A DNA stretch of 64,000 nucleotides from Chlorokybus atmophyticus (Eukaryota; Plantae; Mesostigma and Chlorokybus algae): the NCBI GenBank assembly GCA_009103225.1, contig RHPI01001715.1, positions 896,011 through 960,010 of the forward strand. The letters are read 5' to 3'. Each line of letters opens with the position of its first letter. Position 1 is the first letter of the stretch. The notes beneath the pieces were generated by a model that was not told the DNA's origin, did not search any database, and saw nothing but the letters and a program-made list of their open reading frames with translations. This document shows positions 15,541 to 29,064 of this stretch, one piece after another. The position numbers and the translations under genes were made by a program.

Positions 15541-18055
15541 TTAATACACATCCGGCAGATCAACACCCTGAAACCCTTGAGACTTGGAGTTGAAGTAAGC
15601 TCCTTTGAACGCATAATCCATGCCAAAGGCCCCATCCTTGCACTCCCGCTTTTCGAACCACAGAGCCAAAGGCTTGTCAACAGCGCTTCGTGCCGCCGCC
15701 ACTGACCTCTGCTTCACTTCCAGCCTGGACTTCTCTCGTGCCGCAAGCGCAAAGTTGCCATTCTCAAGCGCGCGCACATCAGGGCGCCAACGTGAATCGG
15801 ATCGTGGAAGGGTCTCAATCGGGCTGCACATGCAAAACACAACCTCAGCATGCAGTCAGATATGTTGCCTGTGCAATGTGTTGCTGCGGTGTTGTGACCA
15901 ACATAACGATGTGCTGGCAAATACAACATGCCTGTCATTGAGGCCGACAGCAAACTTGGTCATGTGGTAGGCTTGCGCCCGGGCATCGTCGGGAAGCGAG
16001 TTCCGCTGCCACAACTGCCGTCTGTGTCGTATGGAGTTCTGCGCATCAGAGTCCAACTCCTCGTATATTGCCTTGTTGTGATGGCCAGCAAACCTGCATG
16101 AATGGCATCAACGACAAGGTTGCGTATGCAAACTAAGGCACATCTTCCCCAGTTCAGATACTCCATAACGTGTTACCTGCGCATAACACGACCTTTTGCA
16201 TCTGTAACGATGCCTGTCACTTTGGCATTCTCAAACTCGCGCCTTGCAATCCTGCGTCCGGCTTAATCATCAAGATGCTTGTATGTAAGCACGTAACCAA
16301 GCGCAAGTTGTTACAACTCACTGACAGGTTTTGAGAGCACAATGAGGAACGCTCTGTCATGCTTTCAAGGACTTGATGCATGACACATTGAATGAGAGAT
16401 TGGCACCGGACCATCAGGCAGCAACTTACTTCTGCCTTCTATGCAGGGTGGCCATGGCAATCACGTCGGGGTTGCTCTCATTGACAATGCGCATCTCACC
16501 AAAATGTTCCAGCCACATCCCACCAAATATGAGGTTCCTTGTGACAGTGGTCACTTTTTTCCACGAAAAAGTGTCTTGAACGCTGCCATTATCATCGCAG
16601 AAAACAACTCGCGAGAGTCCGTTCGGCTTGACTTCCAGTGAGTTGCCCCTAAAGAAGACCTGAAAGCCTATCGACGCACTGTAGCGCCAGCCTCGACCCT
16701 CTGCATAAGATGCTGTGACTGGCGGGTGATGAGACACCTACACACAACACAACACGACCCTGAGCACTACTGCACCGAATAATGGGACCCAACACTAACA
16801 AGCAATTTACCTGTTCAGCCACGAAGCGAACGTTGCGCTCCGGGAGCTCAAGCTCATACGTCTCGTGCAGAAGGGGATTGAACGGCTTGTCAAGTCTCTG
16901 GTCAAAAGAGTTGTAAAATGAGACCGCGAACACCGCCACGAGCATTGCGCGTTCATAGGCATCATTTGTCTTGGCCGCAGCATCTGCATGTATGGGTCAG
17001 TATCTCACTGAGGGATCAACAGATCATGCATGCTCCAGCACAGCATGAACGATGGCCATACCCAACAAGTACGAATACTCGATGTCTTCGGCAGTGCGCT
17101 GCAGTAGAGAAAGAGGCTCATTGAGAATGACAGGCAAGCTGATGCGGGTGAGGTCCCTTCCTATGCAGCTTTTGATGATAGCCCACAGTGACGTCCGTGG
17201 CCTTAGCGACGTGTATGCAGGCAGTGACTGCCGCATGTTCATCAGCTCTTCTACTGGTGGGGTGTATAGGTCTGACCACACAGGCAGCGTACTGAGCATG
17301 CTGACCGAGTTTCAGCATTGAACAATGCAGGTGCGAACTGGCAAATGGCATTGTACTCCGCGCACAACATCACTCTCTGTCAACAGCTCTCACCAAAATG
17401 CTGCGCACTTGGCATGTTGCACAAGACTCCAGGTGATCTGGCCAAACTCACTAACGTACCAATGTATCACCTAATACACGCTGTCAAACAGCAAATTGGT
17501 CAACTCAAAAGTCACTTACACGTGCAATGAATCATGTCAATGAGCTGCATGTCAGCACTGCAGGTCGGCACATATGTGATAGTAGTGATGTATGCAATAG
17601 CCGCACGCCCGAGCCAGGCTACCAACAGCTGCACGCACAGGCCAGGATACAAACCCTAGGCTTGTTGTGTTGTTGTTGATGCATCGTCTTGCGTAGTAAA
17701 TGAAGTTATAGCTAGGCTAGCAATGCAACCAGACACATGCATCATCTTTATCAAGAGGGGGGAGTCTCCAGCAAGCAGGGCGGCCGCTCACCTCGTCCCA
17801 AGGGTGGCGACTGAGAGAGCTAACACGCCGGGATGGACTGCCAGCGCATCATGCGACGCCCACCGCCTGTATGACGTCCATGTTCGCTACCAGCACCAGG
17901 CGGCGGTGCAGAGGCACTTGTGCGGAGGCGAAGCTAGCGGCCACAACTGTGCCCACAGCTGACACGTATCCGCGAACTTGGTGCCACCTGTCGCGCAGTT
18001 CATGCATCACGTCTTCGTTCAATTCATTACACCGCCTCGCCCTTTTTGGCACCAC
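15541..18055 (-). CDS. Oxysterol-binding protein-related protein (ORD domain), multi-exon; 5' end uncertain
   Basis: [52 protein letters not shown], fingerprint [36 protein letters not shown], ending LPDVY*. Confidence 0.92.
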
Positions 18056-18429
18056 GCCACCACCCGGCCGTTCGTTTGCAAAAAGCTACAACACGCGGCG
18101 TGTGCCGCACGCACGCCGCGTGTTGTACGCCTACGTATATCTCAAATATCCACAAAATATCGTCTTTCGTTGTTGTGACGGCGATGTGTGGAGTAGGTGT
18201 ATTCGCTACCGGCGGCCTTTGATAACGATCCCTTCCAAACGCTGTTAATCGAACGGGTGACGGTGCTGGTACCGCGCCTGCCTATGCCGTTAACATTTGG
18301 TTGCATGATGCGCGCGGCTTTGCGTAACGCGCGCGTCACGCTTGCTCTGGAGGGTGGTGCGACGCGCGCCTGGCAGTGGCGTCGGGCACACGCTTTGGCA
18401 CAGTACCAGTGCCGCCGCACAACGCTGTG

Positions 18430-21400
18430 ACATAGTCCGTATTTGCCCGGATAGCCCCCCCGCCCTCCCCCTAATACCGTAGTGGTACTAACTATTCGTC
18501 ATCAAGGTTTTTTCAATCTTTTGGTTTTTATTTCGTCACAGGGCCCGTCAGTGACAGGGCCCAGTCTGAAAGCCCGAGGGGCTGTCTTGAGGTGTTCACT
18601 GTGTCCGGCTGGGTGATGCCTATCGTGAGCTGCTGACGTCATCGCGCGTAAAATCTGACTTGTGATGGCCTGTGTTGACGACAATCAGCACCGCTTGTGT
18701 CCTTGCAGGCAGTGCCACGTTTACGTGAGCGCAGTCGGTGACAAGGCGTCAAACCGCCGACATGTCGTCCTTAATCGACGTCAACGCATGGCGACGCCTT
18801 GCAACGTGGGTTAGGGTTTGCTTAGGGTTTTGGCGCCAACGCGGCCCTGCCTGCGCGGCCCTGCCTGCGCGGCCCTGCGCAGCTTGTTGCTGTAGTGGTC
18901 GGTAGAGGCGTCAGCGGCGTGGCGGGCGTCGGCAAGTGCGGTGGCAGCGGTGTACCCAACGGTGCTGGGCGCCGTAAAGGAGGCGAGAGGGAGGGTGGGA
19001 TGCCTATACACTATTGTGTGGGCGGCGGGGGAGCTGGGCGTGGGGCGCCTCCTACCGGGGGTGGGATCATTCATGGTGTTGGTGGTGAGGAGCAGGTGCC
19101 GCCGACCTACCTTGTGGAGCGCGACACAAACTTCTGCTTCCCCGCCATGCGGCAGGTGCTGTATGCTGTTAATCGCATGTATGTGTGTTGCTCCTTTGCT
19201 GTATGATGTGCTTGGTTGCACGCTATTTGTACTAATAGTCTCGCCTGTGTTGGCAGGTAACTTTGAAGGACGTGATGATGTATCCTCGTGAGATGGAAGA
19301 TGGTGATTTCGAGGCGCTGCACATCCAGGTTTGCAACGGTCTGATGGCAGCTGTCGAGACGCGCATGCCAGTTAAGCAGCTCGAACTCTCGGTATGAGCC
19401 AAAATCTAGTAAGCGGTGACGCTCCCCGTCACTCCGCTCACGTGCCACCAACCGCTGGCGAATCACCTCGTCGACCTTGATGCTGGTAGCTGCTCGCGCG
19501 GCCAGCACCTCCCCTTCTAGCCTAGGTACAGACGCCTGCACTTGCTCACGCAACCTGTGATCTGCCTGTAATACATGCCTGCTTGATGTTGGCTCCCCAT
19601 CGGGCTCGCCGTTACTTGCATCTGTAGCTGTATGCGGTTGTTGTCCCACCGATGCACACTCACCCGCACTCCTCGCTTCCCAGTCATGCATTTCACGCTG
19701 CAAATTCCTGTTGGCCATTTTTGCGGTAGCCAAGGCACTAGAAACATTTTCTACTTGCCTCATCAACCCGCACCTATCAGACTTTCAGGGCCGCTAGCAC
19801 ATCCTGCTTCAATCATATATGTGTCGATCACATAGTCACAACTCTGACCTACATAAGTGAGCACTAACCCTAAAGCAGGTTGGTTCGTATAACTGTGTGT
19901 TACTTATGTCATGGTTCAAGCATTGCATGTCTCACAATGCATGCCCCTTAACCCCCACATTCTTTACTTGCAGCCATGCAGTCACAAAATGCCATTTCAC
20001 AACACCGGCAACCATGCTTGCACATCTACACAATGCTGACCTGCACGAAAGACAATTTTCCGCACACACGTTCATGTTGAACAAGGGCACACCCCCACGA
20101 GCAGGACTTGCCGTCTCATTACCTTGCAGTCACATAGCATGGACATTGCAGTCGATTGCCTAGCCATAAGACTAAGGTTTAGGATAAGGACAAACAAAGG
20201 GAGCCCGCGGACCTCCATACTGCTGGGGTCTGCTAGGTATTGGGCCTGCATATGCTTGTAAGGCGTGCAGCCCATTGTTGTCACAACTTTGCGACGATGG
20301 CATGGACCCATGCACGTGCTGCTTAAATGGTCTTGCAGCGTGATTGTCTGGATGTCCACTGCTTGGAGCAGCAGGCCTAGCCCCATTGCCAGTGTGTGAA
20401 GCAGGGTCAATGTTCTCCTGATTGTCATTGCGTCCAACCTGGCACAAGCACGAATCCACCGCTATCAACAACACATCACACGACACTTGAACACCCCGCG
20501 GTTTATATTTGCCCGCACGCCACGCATGCCAGTGCACAGCACACAACAGCACTTACCACATACGTACTGCCAAGAGGTGGACTAGTATAAGGGGTGTACT
20601 CGCGCCTTACTGGCTCTTCGACCAGTCCTTGAAAGCCAGGCAGTTGCCACTCTGGGTGTATACCCTGCTCGACACACACATTGCATGAACACACAACACA
20701 CACACTGCATGCCTCCATCCATACGCAGCACTATTAGCAAAGATGTAGAACACAACCAACTACACTCACCGGCAGCATTTGCAGGGTACGCCGGTCTGTC
20801 CCCAAGCGCCAACAGCGTCCAGAAGTGGCAACAGCCTTCAGCACCTCTGTGTCATTGAGCCCATCCGACAGGTTGAGATCCGCCCTCAGAGCCTCAATCA
20901 CATTCTTGCGTCTGTCACGATACTTCTGGGAGGCCTGATTCTGCTGCAATCTTCGCTGCTTTTTGGCAGCCTCGTCACCTGGAGACGTAGCACCAGACCC
21001 AGCAGCAGCCCTAGGCCTAGACCCTCTCCCGACGGCGGCCTGCGAAGCCTCACCCTGTTTGTCTGCAGCCTCTCCACAACCCTCGCCTTGAGTGGCCTCA
21101 ATATGCATGCTACCCACCTGCTCGCCATCACATTTCCCTCCCTCACCCACACCCTGGCTGTCCATCAGCACCAGCATGCCCTATAGAAAGACAAAGACAA
21201 CTACGCCACCGCCGCCGCCAATCACACACATGTGCACACCAAGCAGCCCCGCGCTGGCACTGTGCTAACAACATTTTCGACATTCAACAAAAACGCTTCG
21301 ATACGGTCGCAACCATCATGACAATATCATCGGTCGACGGCGGCCGCCCAGCAGCGTCGGCGATAACGCCCCATGACGCCGATAGAGTTGGCATCGCAAC

Positions 21401-22468
21401 AGCAAGGACTTCACGTGTCAACCTCTGTTTACGCAACCACTGGTCAGGATGCCCAGCCTGAACATCACCCAGTCGGACGCAGTGCAAACCCCTCGGGCTT
21501 TTAGACTGGGCCGTCAGCCCCCCATCCGCCCGCAAACACTTTGCATACTTTCGTCATTATCATCGCGGCAAACACCGCTTCTAGTGTACATTTTGCCAAA
21601 CGATTTTGGTACCAATTGTACCTTTCCGTTATAGAGTGCATATAGAGTGCATTGAGATGTAGGTTATAAAATGTTTCTGAAATATGTCATTATCGCGCCA
21701 AAACCCTAACGGCGAGTTTGTCATAGTTCGTCGCCGCTGCTCGGGCAATTGGTTTCTTCTTTCGTATCTTCCACTTTGGCAATTATTTTCATGGCGAATA
21801 TTTCATACCATTACGGTACAACACCCCCCATTGATTGTCGGGGGGGGANNNNNNNNNNNNNNNNNNNNNNNNNNNNNNNNNNNNNNNNNNNNNNNNNNNN
21901 NNNNNNNNNNNNNNNNNNNNNNNNNNNNNNNNNNNNNNNNNNNNNNNNNNNNNNNNNNNNNNNNNNNNNNNNNNNNNNNNNNNNNNNNNNNNNNNNNNNN
22001 NNNNNNNNNNNNNNNNNNNNNNNNNNNNNNNNNNNNNNNNNNNNNNNNNNNNNNNNNNNNNNNNNNNNNNNNNNNNNNNNNNNNNNNNNNNNNNNNNNNN
22101 NNNNNNNNNNNNNNNNNNNNNNNNNNNNNNNNNNNNNNNNNNNNNNNNNNNNNNNNNNNNNNNNNNNNNNNNNNNNNNNNNNNNNNNNNNNNNNNNNNNN
22201 NNNNNNNNNNNNNNNNNNNNNNNNNNNNNNNNNNNNNNNNNNNNNNNNNNNNNNNNNNNNNNNNNNNNNNNNNNNNNNNNNNNNNNNNNNNNNNNNNNNN
22301 NNNNNNNNNNNNNNNNNNNNNNNNNNNNNNNNNNNNNNNNNNNNNNNNNNNNNNNNNNNNNNNNNNNNNNNNNNNNNNNNNNNNNNNNNNNNNNNNNNNN
22401 NNNNNNNNNNNNNNNGGACGGGGGGGGGCTTTGTTTGTAGGGGGGGTGTTCAGGCAAATACGGTATGT
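18430..22468. mobile_element. Putative non-autonomous long-TIR (Pack-type) element carrying a bZIP-like gene
   Basis: Four collinear inverted blocks: 18437-18461/22441-22463, 18475-18487/21806-21818, 18558-18581/21489-21512 and 18597-18618/21463-21484. Possible 2-bp TG duplication (18428-18429/22469-22470). No transposase seen. The right arm contains an N gap (21849-22415). Confidence 0.55.
19107..21177 (-). CDS. bZIP-like basic-region protein with C-terminal coiled coil, multi-exon (integrity uncertain)
   Basis: DEAAKKQRRLQQNQASQKYRDRRKNVIEALR resembles a bZIP basic region, one residue short of N-x7-R. A later exon, VENVSSALATAKMANRNLQREMHDWE, is heptad-like. Confidence 0.45.
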
Positions 22469-22879
22469 TGATGTACTTACGGACGGCTCTTTCCACCGAC
22501 AGCCGACGGGCGCCTAAATCCACGTAAGCAGAGGTCGCAAACAACCAGCACGGTACTGGTTGGTATGTACCAGTCGGTGTATGAAAGCAATACAATTGCA
22601 GCATGGCAACATTTCAAGCTTGTAACATTACAAGCTTTAACATCTGAACGTGGATTTTAGAGTCCAAGTTGGGAGAAGCAACTAGCTAGCGTTAGACCAA
22701 AATTCCTCAGCGAGTAGAGATCTAATTGTTGAGTTGTCGTTTTATATAAATGCATTGGCTAATTACCTTTGCACCCAAAGTATATTAAAGTGTTTATGTA
22801 GGAACAGAGAGTAAGCTTGCATTGAGCTCTCCCATACCACAATCAGATATAATTTGGCACTATGCATCGTAGTGACGAT

Positions 22880-24050
22880 AGTGTGCGCAGGCAAGGGACT
22901 TTGCTGCTCACAAGGAGATGGAAGCTGCTCGACTACGGGTGCAACGAGGTCAAATTGCCGTAAGTTACATGCAAGCGCGCGCGAACATTCAATCATCAAG
23001 CATTGCTCGCATTGCAAGAGGTTGAGCGCGTCAGCAGCTTTGCCATAGCACCGGCAACGCAAGCACGAAGAGATAGTTGCTGGCGGGAGTTTTTGCAGTT
23101 TTTTGAAGCACTGCATATAACTCACAGCAGGTGACCCCTAGCATCATCACCACGTATATAGCTGGGCACTGGACGGATGTGCACATTGCTAGTGCGCGCA
23201 AGCGGGGGCGTGATTGGCAACCGAGGATTGCACCGGCTAGTGTCGAGCAAGTTCTTAAGCAGCTGAGCAATGCATTTAAGTTACGGGAAATGCCAAGACT
23301 ATGGAGAGATGTGCGCCAAGGCAACCCATGCCAGTCATATGCTGTTACTCGATTCAAAACGGGCTATGCCAAGCTATCAACACAACAGGGTGTACAGCCA
23401 TTACAGCTACCCCGCTCACAAGTGAGGACATGCAAACGCTTGTAAAGTACTTCACACAGCTTCTGCCTGCCAAAATTCCAAGGCCCATTACATTCCAAGT
23501 TGCCAGTTGCTGGAGAGAATATAGTCTCGGCATGTTCTTGTGGTCCACATGGCAAAGAGGGCGCACGCACGCACGCGGAAGATCTTCGTATAATACAAGG
23601 GCGTTTGCCAGCAGCAGTACATATCTGGAAAAAAACTATAGCAAGGGGGGAGTTCCAACCATCTCTATTAAGAACAGTCAACTACCCTGCCAGTTTTTGT
23701 ATGTACTACAATGGTATCTAAGTGCCATGCAAGGAAGCCCTTTCGCCATCAGCAGCGGGCCACTGGTCAGGCCTCTCGCACAAAGTCGCAAAGAGTAGGT
23801 GAACAAGCCCATAAACTATGACTGTACTTATCACGCCTTTGTCAAGCATTGCAAGGCATGCAACATTTACCGGCCGCACCTGGGGTTGCACTCTTTTAGA
23901 CAGGGAGCAGCTTAGTATGCTCTACACTGCAGCGATAACGGACCCCAGAAGAGATACAAGCACAAGGATTGTGGAAACAACCTGAGAGCATGCAATTGTA
24001 CTTGTTGCAAATAAGCTTACCTCCTACTGCACCAGAACCACTTGAAAATG
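22880..24050 (+). pseudogene. DIRS-type tyrosine recombinase, frameshifted
   Basis: AIAPATQARRDSCWREFLQFL, GNPCQSYAVTRFKTGY, GMFLWSTWQRG, and the catalytic region LHSFRQGAA...TPEEIQAQGLWKQPESMQLY. Confidence 0.85.
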
Positions 24051-24149
24051 ATACATGCCAGGTTAATAGTGGAGGGCGAAACTGGGCACTTTCTTGAACC
24101 ATTCACACTTGTTGCGCACTAGCATGCGTTGCTTGATGGGCAAGGCCAT

Positions 24150-25055
24150 GAGCGAGCCAGCATATAGCAAATTCTAGCTCAATGACGATTGCATGGTGGC
24201 GCCAATGCACTAACATTGCCATGCTTCGTGTAGCATAGCAAGCGGAGGATGACACCAGACCAAGTCACCCCCCAACTCTGCGAGCACTGCGCACCAGTCC
24301 AAGGAAAATGCATTGCCAATGCTACCAGGCATAGGCAAAAACGAGAAGTAAGCATCTGTCTTGGCATTCCATTTCGTCGCAAAAACATTGAACACTGGTT
24401 TCCACGCCCGTCATCACGATGTTGTAACTTCCTCGCACAGAGACCAATCCCTCCGATCTGTGAATTTGGGAAGCCTGTCTTCAAGTTTTAATTGCCGTCG
24501 CGGCTCCCATATGCACAGCTATATCCTTTTTGCAACAGATATGCCACAATCGTTGTAATGCTTACCGTAGTGCCGCATGCCCTGCTAAAGATTGCTGCAG
24601 CATGCGCACCGCCGGCTGACGGTCTCCCACACTACGCACAATAGCATGCTGCAGTTGCGTACGCGTGCGCACAAACTCAAGAACGGCCGCAATGTATGCG
24701 AGCGCCTCTTTCATCGGGGGTGGCAAAGTCATCTCAAATTGAGAGAAGTTGCAAATCAAGTGTGGCCTGGGGCTCGTGGCACCCCACCCAATAGTGCCCG
24801 AAGCATGAACTTTCAGCTCCACTGCGGTGGGAGGCTTCCTCCATGAATTGCCGTTATACTGAGGGAGACATGCCCTCACCCATGACATGAAACTCTTTAA
24901 GTCCGCTGAGGTTGAGAACACCTCAGCCCGATCTACAGCTCCACTCAGCAGTTGGTACAAGCGCCTAGCATACAAGTACGTAGGGGCGAATGCCAGCTTG
25001 ATTGCCACCAACTTGCTAGTAATGCGCACCATGGCTCGCTTCGTAACTGTACATT
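24150..25055 (-). pseudogene. DIRS pol 3' part: RT connection, RNase H and Dam-like (N6-adenine methylase-like) domain
   Basis: VTKRAMVRITSKLVA...PQYNGNSW...VHASGTIGWGA (RNase H), EALA, SVGDRQ. Then DRRDWSL...FNVFATKWNAKTDAYFS..PMPGSIGNAFSLDW...LVWCHPP, the typical DIRS methylase-like domain. Confidence 0.85.
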
Positions 25056-25719
25056 CGTCGCTAAATGTTTCCCCTGCCGGCCGGCTAAATATTGGCAACG
25101 GCCGTGCACCTGAAGATACTTACTTTGACCGTCGTGGCTCAGTCTACCCGCAATCTCGATACAGGGACCTGAAAATAACTTCCTAACAGACCCTTTCCGT
25201 TACAATTCAGTCTTTAACAGTTGACTATGCCTAATTAACAGGCACCTGCAAATTACACATCAGTCTTACTTAAGTGACTCAGCCTATATGACATGCACCT
25301 GCAGGTTATACACAAGTCCAGTGCAGGCGACTGAGCCTAATTCACAAGCATCAACTAGGTAATTGTCGACAAGATAAGGCATGTTTCAAGCAATTGAAGG
25401 TGACTGATGCCTAGTCGTCGTTATATGTATTTGCATAGGTTGAATACATGCGACTGTCATTAACTGCCAGCATCATTATGTGCCTGTGCTGTGTACAGGT
25501 ACCTGAAATGTGTACAGTGTCTCTCAGTCACTTGCCAAGGCTTGTAGTTCGAATATGTGACTCGAATGCCTGCAATTGTGTTGTATATCATAGGGATGCT
25601 AGTTTTTACATGCATGAGCATAATGACGATTGATTGAGCTAGTTTAAGATGCACACAACACTAAGTCACAAAAGCCTTGCAGCTGTGTACATTACCAGCT
25701 AAACGGACTACCAACTGCG

Positions 25720-27395
25720 CTACAGCTTCTCTCCATCATCGCCTTGCTCGTCATCATGGAACAAAGCACCACGTGCTAGGGCCTGTAGAGGAGACTTCGG
25801 AGCTTTCTCTTCCTCCTCCTCAAACGGTTGCGCCAGCCATTTAAATGCCGCTTCTGCCTCAGCGAGCGGGTTACGAGCAGATGTCTCTTGCGGCCGGCGC
25901 CGATTTGGATCTTTCAGGTAGTCAACATATGATGCAGTGCGGCGTTTCACAAGGGTGAATGGCTGGAGGGCTGCGTACCGTTGCCTCATCTCCCGCTTCA
26001 TTGACATGATCATGGTGTTGTTTTCGCTGAGGTACTCTTCATGTGTGTCGATGCTGGCAGCTAAGACAGGGTCTCCATCCTTGCCCTTTGAAATGCGCTC
26101 CACCTGTGTAGTTTATAGGCATGTTTTAGTGGCATTGAAAGCCACTATTCATTGCAGCGCGTCTGCAAGCCTGTAGATTGGGGCTACAGCATTCCTAAAT
26201 AGCTAGTGATACAGTTCAGAGTGCTCACCGTAAGCAACAGGTATGCGAGGTGGTTGACTGTCAGCTGCCGGCGACCAGATGTAGTGACGGCGTAAGCTAG
26301 AATAGTGCCTGCGACTTACTTTGGAGCACGTTGCGCACCTGGGCTTTTTGGGTGTCGGGGTCCATTAGGGCGTTAATGTGCCTGATTGAATTAATTACAA
26401 TAGGCGAGATGCGTACGTGTGTATGGAGGCTGAGTAAGAAGGCAGTGTAGCATAGCAGATGGTGGTAAGGGACCCAACTCACTTGCGCTTGTTGCTGTTA
26501 AACCGTGTCCACTTGTACTCCTTTTCAAGGACATGCTTGATCTTGGTGATGTTCTCAGACCGGACCTGCGTAGCTTTCTTCAAGGCGACACTTCAGTGGA
26601 AGGGGCACTCCTTGTGCGTCCAGTACACCTCATAAATTTTGGCCGCATTGGCCTCGTCGTTATGGTTGAAGCCAACTACTTGTCACAGGCAGGTTGGTCA
26701 GTGTTACGGTGCAGTGAGGTCATGAAGCATTCATAGCACCTGACACATGACGTTTCAAATAGTGTCATCCTTGGGATAAACGTGGCTCTCTACCCAGTGG
26801 CCGTTTACGATTTCAACGACGGCATCTCGCAAATGCTGTCCACAAAAGAACAATCCGTTACACACAGTGTTATAGTGTCACACAGTGCTTACCTTGTTGC
26901 AAATCTTCCACTTGCTCGGGGAAGGGTTGCTGACGGCTGAGGTTGCTACGTCACGGCCAAATGCGTTTAGGGGTTTCAATCGACCCTCTGCAAGCACTAC
27001 CACGTGAGTCATGTTGCCAGCAATAAAAAATGCAACCCTCACAGTTGAGCAAGAAGAACAATGTGCACAGTGTCTCCAAAACGCATGCAATGAGTCATTA
27101 TGTCGAAAGAAGCAAGCATTAAAGTTTGAAGTTCAGCAAGAAGCAACATGCGCAGTTCGTCCAGAACGCATGCATTCTAGCTTGCCCTTGCGACTGCGGT
27201 GTCAGGTGGAGTTGTTGTAATGGGCTGGGCGTTAGCGCGGGGTCTTGCTGCGATTCGTTGGCCAAGAGTGGCTGCCGCAGCTACTAGCAGCGGCTGTTGG
27301 TTGGCAACGGTTGCCTGGTTGAACACAGAGGGCAATGTGGACTTGGGGCGCCGACCTCCACGACGAGGTGCACCTGCAGATGGACCACGAGGCAT
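25720..27395 (-). pseudogene. Cargo gene A of the Plavaka element; unknown multi-exon protein with premature stops
   Basis: Exon-like blocks with GT/AG borders: MPRGPSAGAPRRGGRR..., THVVVLAEGRLKPLNAFGRD..., YEVYWTHKECPFH*SVALKK..., VERISKGKDGDPVLAASIDTHEEYLSENN...KL*. Confidence 0.5.
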
Positions 27396-27571
27396 CTTGC
27401 TAACTGCTAGTCGGCTGCTTAGCTAATGGTGGCGCCGTCGCATCGAATGCGGCCGCCGCCAGGTGGCCCGCCCAAATGTACGAAGCGCGAAAACGAAAAT
27501 GAGGCGGTTTTGAATGTCGAGTGTCCCGCACTAGAGTTGCACTTGTAGTGCGTCCTTCTCTCCTAAAGTTG

Positions 27572-27720
27572 ATGGTACGACTTATGCATTCGTACCATCC
27601 ATGCTTCATACAACAAAAGGTAACAATGGCTTGGGCGTAACATTAATGGTACGACATAGGCATCTTTTGTTCAACCCCAGCCATTGGCGTATAATGGCTT
27701 TGTCGTACCATCCATGGTAT
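27572..27720. promoter_or_regulatory. Cluster of (C)GTACCAT/ATGGTAC(G) sites between divergent genes A and B
   Basis: Sites at 27572, 27592, 27646 and 27705. Confidence 0.5.
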
Positions 27721-27910
27721 GACAAACAGAGGCATTGCTCGACCAGCTGTAATGGGAGTTAGCGTGCACTCACCCAAACAGCTTCATTAATGGCCGGATG
27801 ATGGCGCGCAGGGGCATCAGGTTGATGACGGCTCAAATGTCAGGCATAGTGGACCTGGGTGCGATTGGAAGGCGGAAGACCAGGAGTAGGAGGCGGCAGC
27901 GGCACACATC

Positions 27911-28159
27911 TTGCCAGAGGTTGTGGTGGTAAGAGGTCAAGCAGCAAAGCCAGCTAATACTGGACGCCACGTCATAGATTATGGTAAGCGTCATCAATGT
28001 GGCTGTCCAATATGCAGCACCAACATTAGACAAACCAGCAGGCAACCCATTAAGGACCATCTTTATATAGAGAGCTGCTTGGTGGCTCACTTTCTGCAAC
28101 AAGAAGTGGATCAAGAGCTACAATCTTTGGAGCCCCTTGTTAGAACCATGCGGGACTAA
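27911..28159 (+). pseudogene. Exon with a CxCxxC...H zinc-finger motif (CACTA transposase-associated-domain-like), probably the 5' part of the OTU gene
   Basis: HQCGCPICSTNIRQTSRQPIKDHL matches the CPCxxC-(n)-HL pattern. Confidence 0.4.
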
Positions 28160-29064
28160 TTGCGACTGTGGGAACAAGCATAAAGGAATGCAGAGGTACG
28201 CTCAACGGTCACATGCATTTCCTTACTAAAGCAAATTTATTTCTGGCGCAGTCCATGTGATACATGTAGCGTGGCTGCAGGCCTCCACTATTCACCCATA
28301 CCCGCCCCATAGTCAAGCTGACATTGCGGAAGCCATAGCAGATAGATAGAGCTGAGCGGCGGTATGTTGTTGCCAATCTCGCTGTGCATGTTGACTGCAT
28401 GCACCTCCAATGCATGCCTAACTTTGCGTGCTAGGATGTGCGTGAGCGTGCGAAGTCGCGCGCGCGTGCCGAACGAAGTAGGCTGGGTTTTAGCACAGAA
28501 GCGCGTGGCCATTCGTCCGGTATTCAACCAGTAGTGCATCAACTAGCAATGACGCAGTCCATGCAATCATTCGTGCATCAGCTAGCAATGCCGCAGGTGA
28601 CCATTCGAAGCAACTAACTAATGACGGTGTGACGCAGTTGATGATTGCAATTGCAGTGTCGCAAGCATGCAGCTCACCCACATGTGATTGGTTAGCAGCA
28701 CTACAGTGCACTTGGTCCTGTTGGAGCTCTTATGCAAGCCTAGATACAATCCCATCAATTGGTCCTTCAATCCCACTTGCTGATGGGCGTGGTGGCAATG
28801 CGGCATTGGTTTAACATGCATGTTGGCCTGTTGAATCCTGACATGTCCATTGAGGCAGTGGCGCATCCTGTGCCCATGGCTCACGAGCTCCGTGACGAGT
28901 CCGCGATTGAGGGTGGCAGGGAGGATGCACCCAATATCACCTTGTCAGCCCCCATGGCTTCCCCTGCTCCATGCAGCCCACGGGCCATTGAGGTAAGTCG
29001 ATGTCTTTTATGCTTGTGCCTTGGTAACAATGCATTAGGCACTGCATAAGCTTATATTCGTTCT

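Noticed and set aside
18558-18618. Conserved stems as a hammerhead, twister or HDV ribozyme
   Set aside because: The catalytic cores (CUGANGA/GAAA etc.) are absent; the match is better explained as part of long inverted arms.
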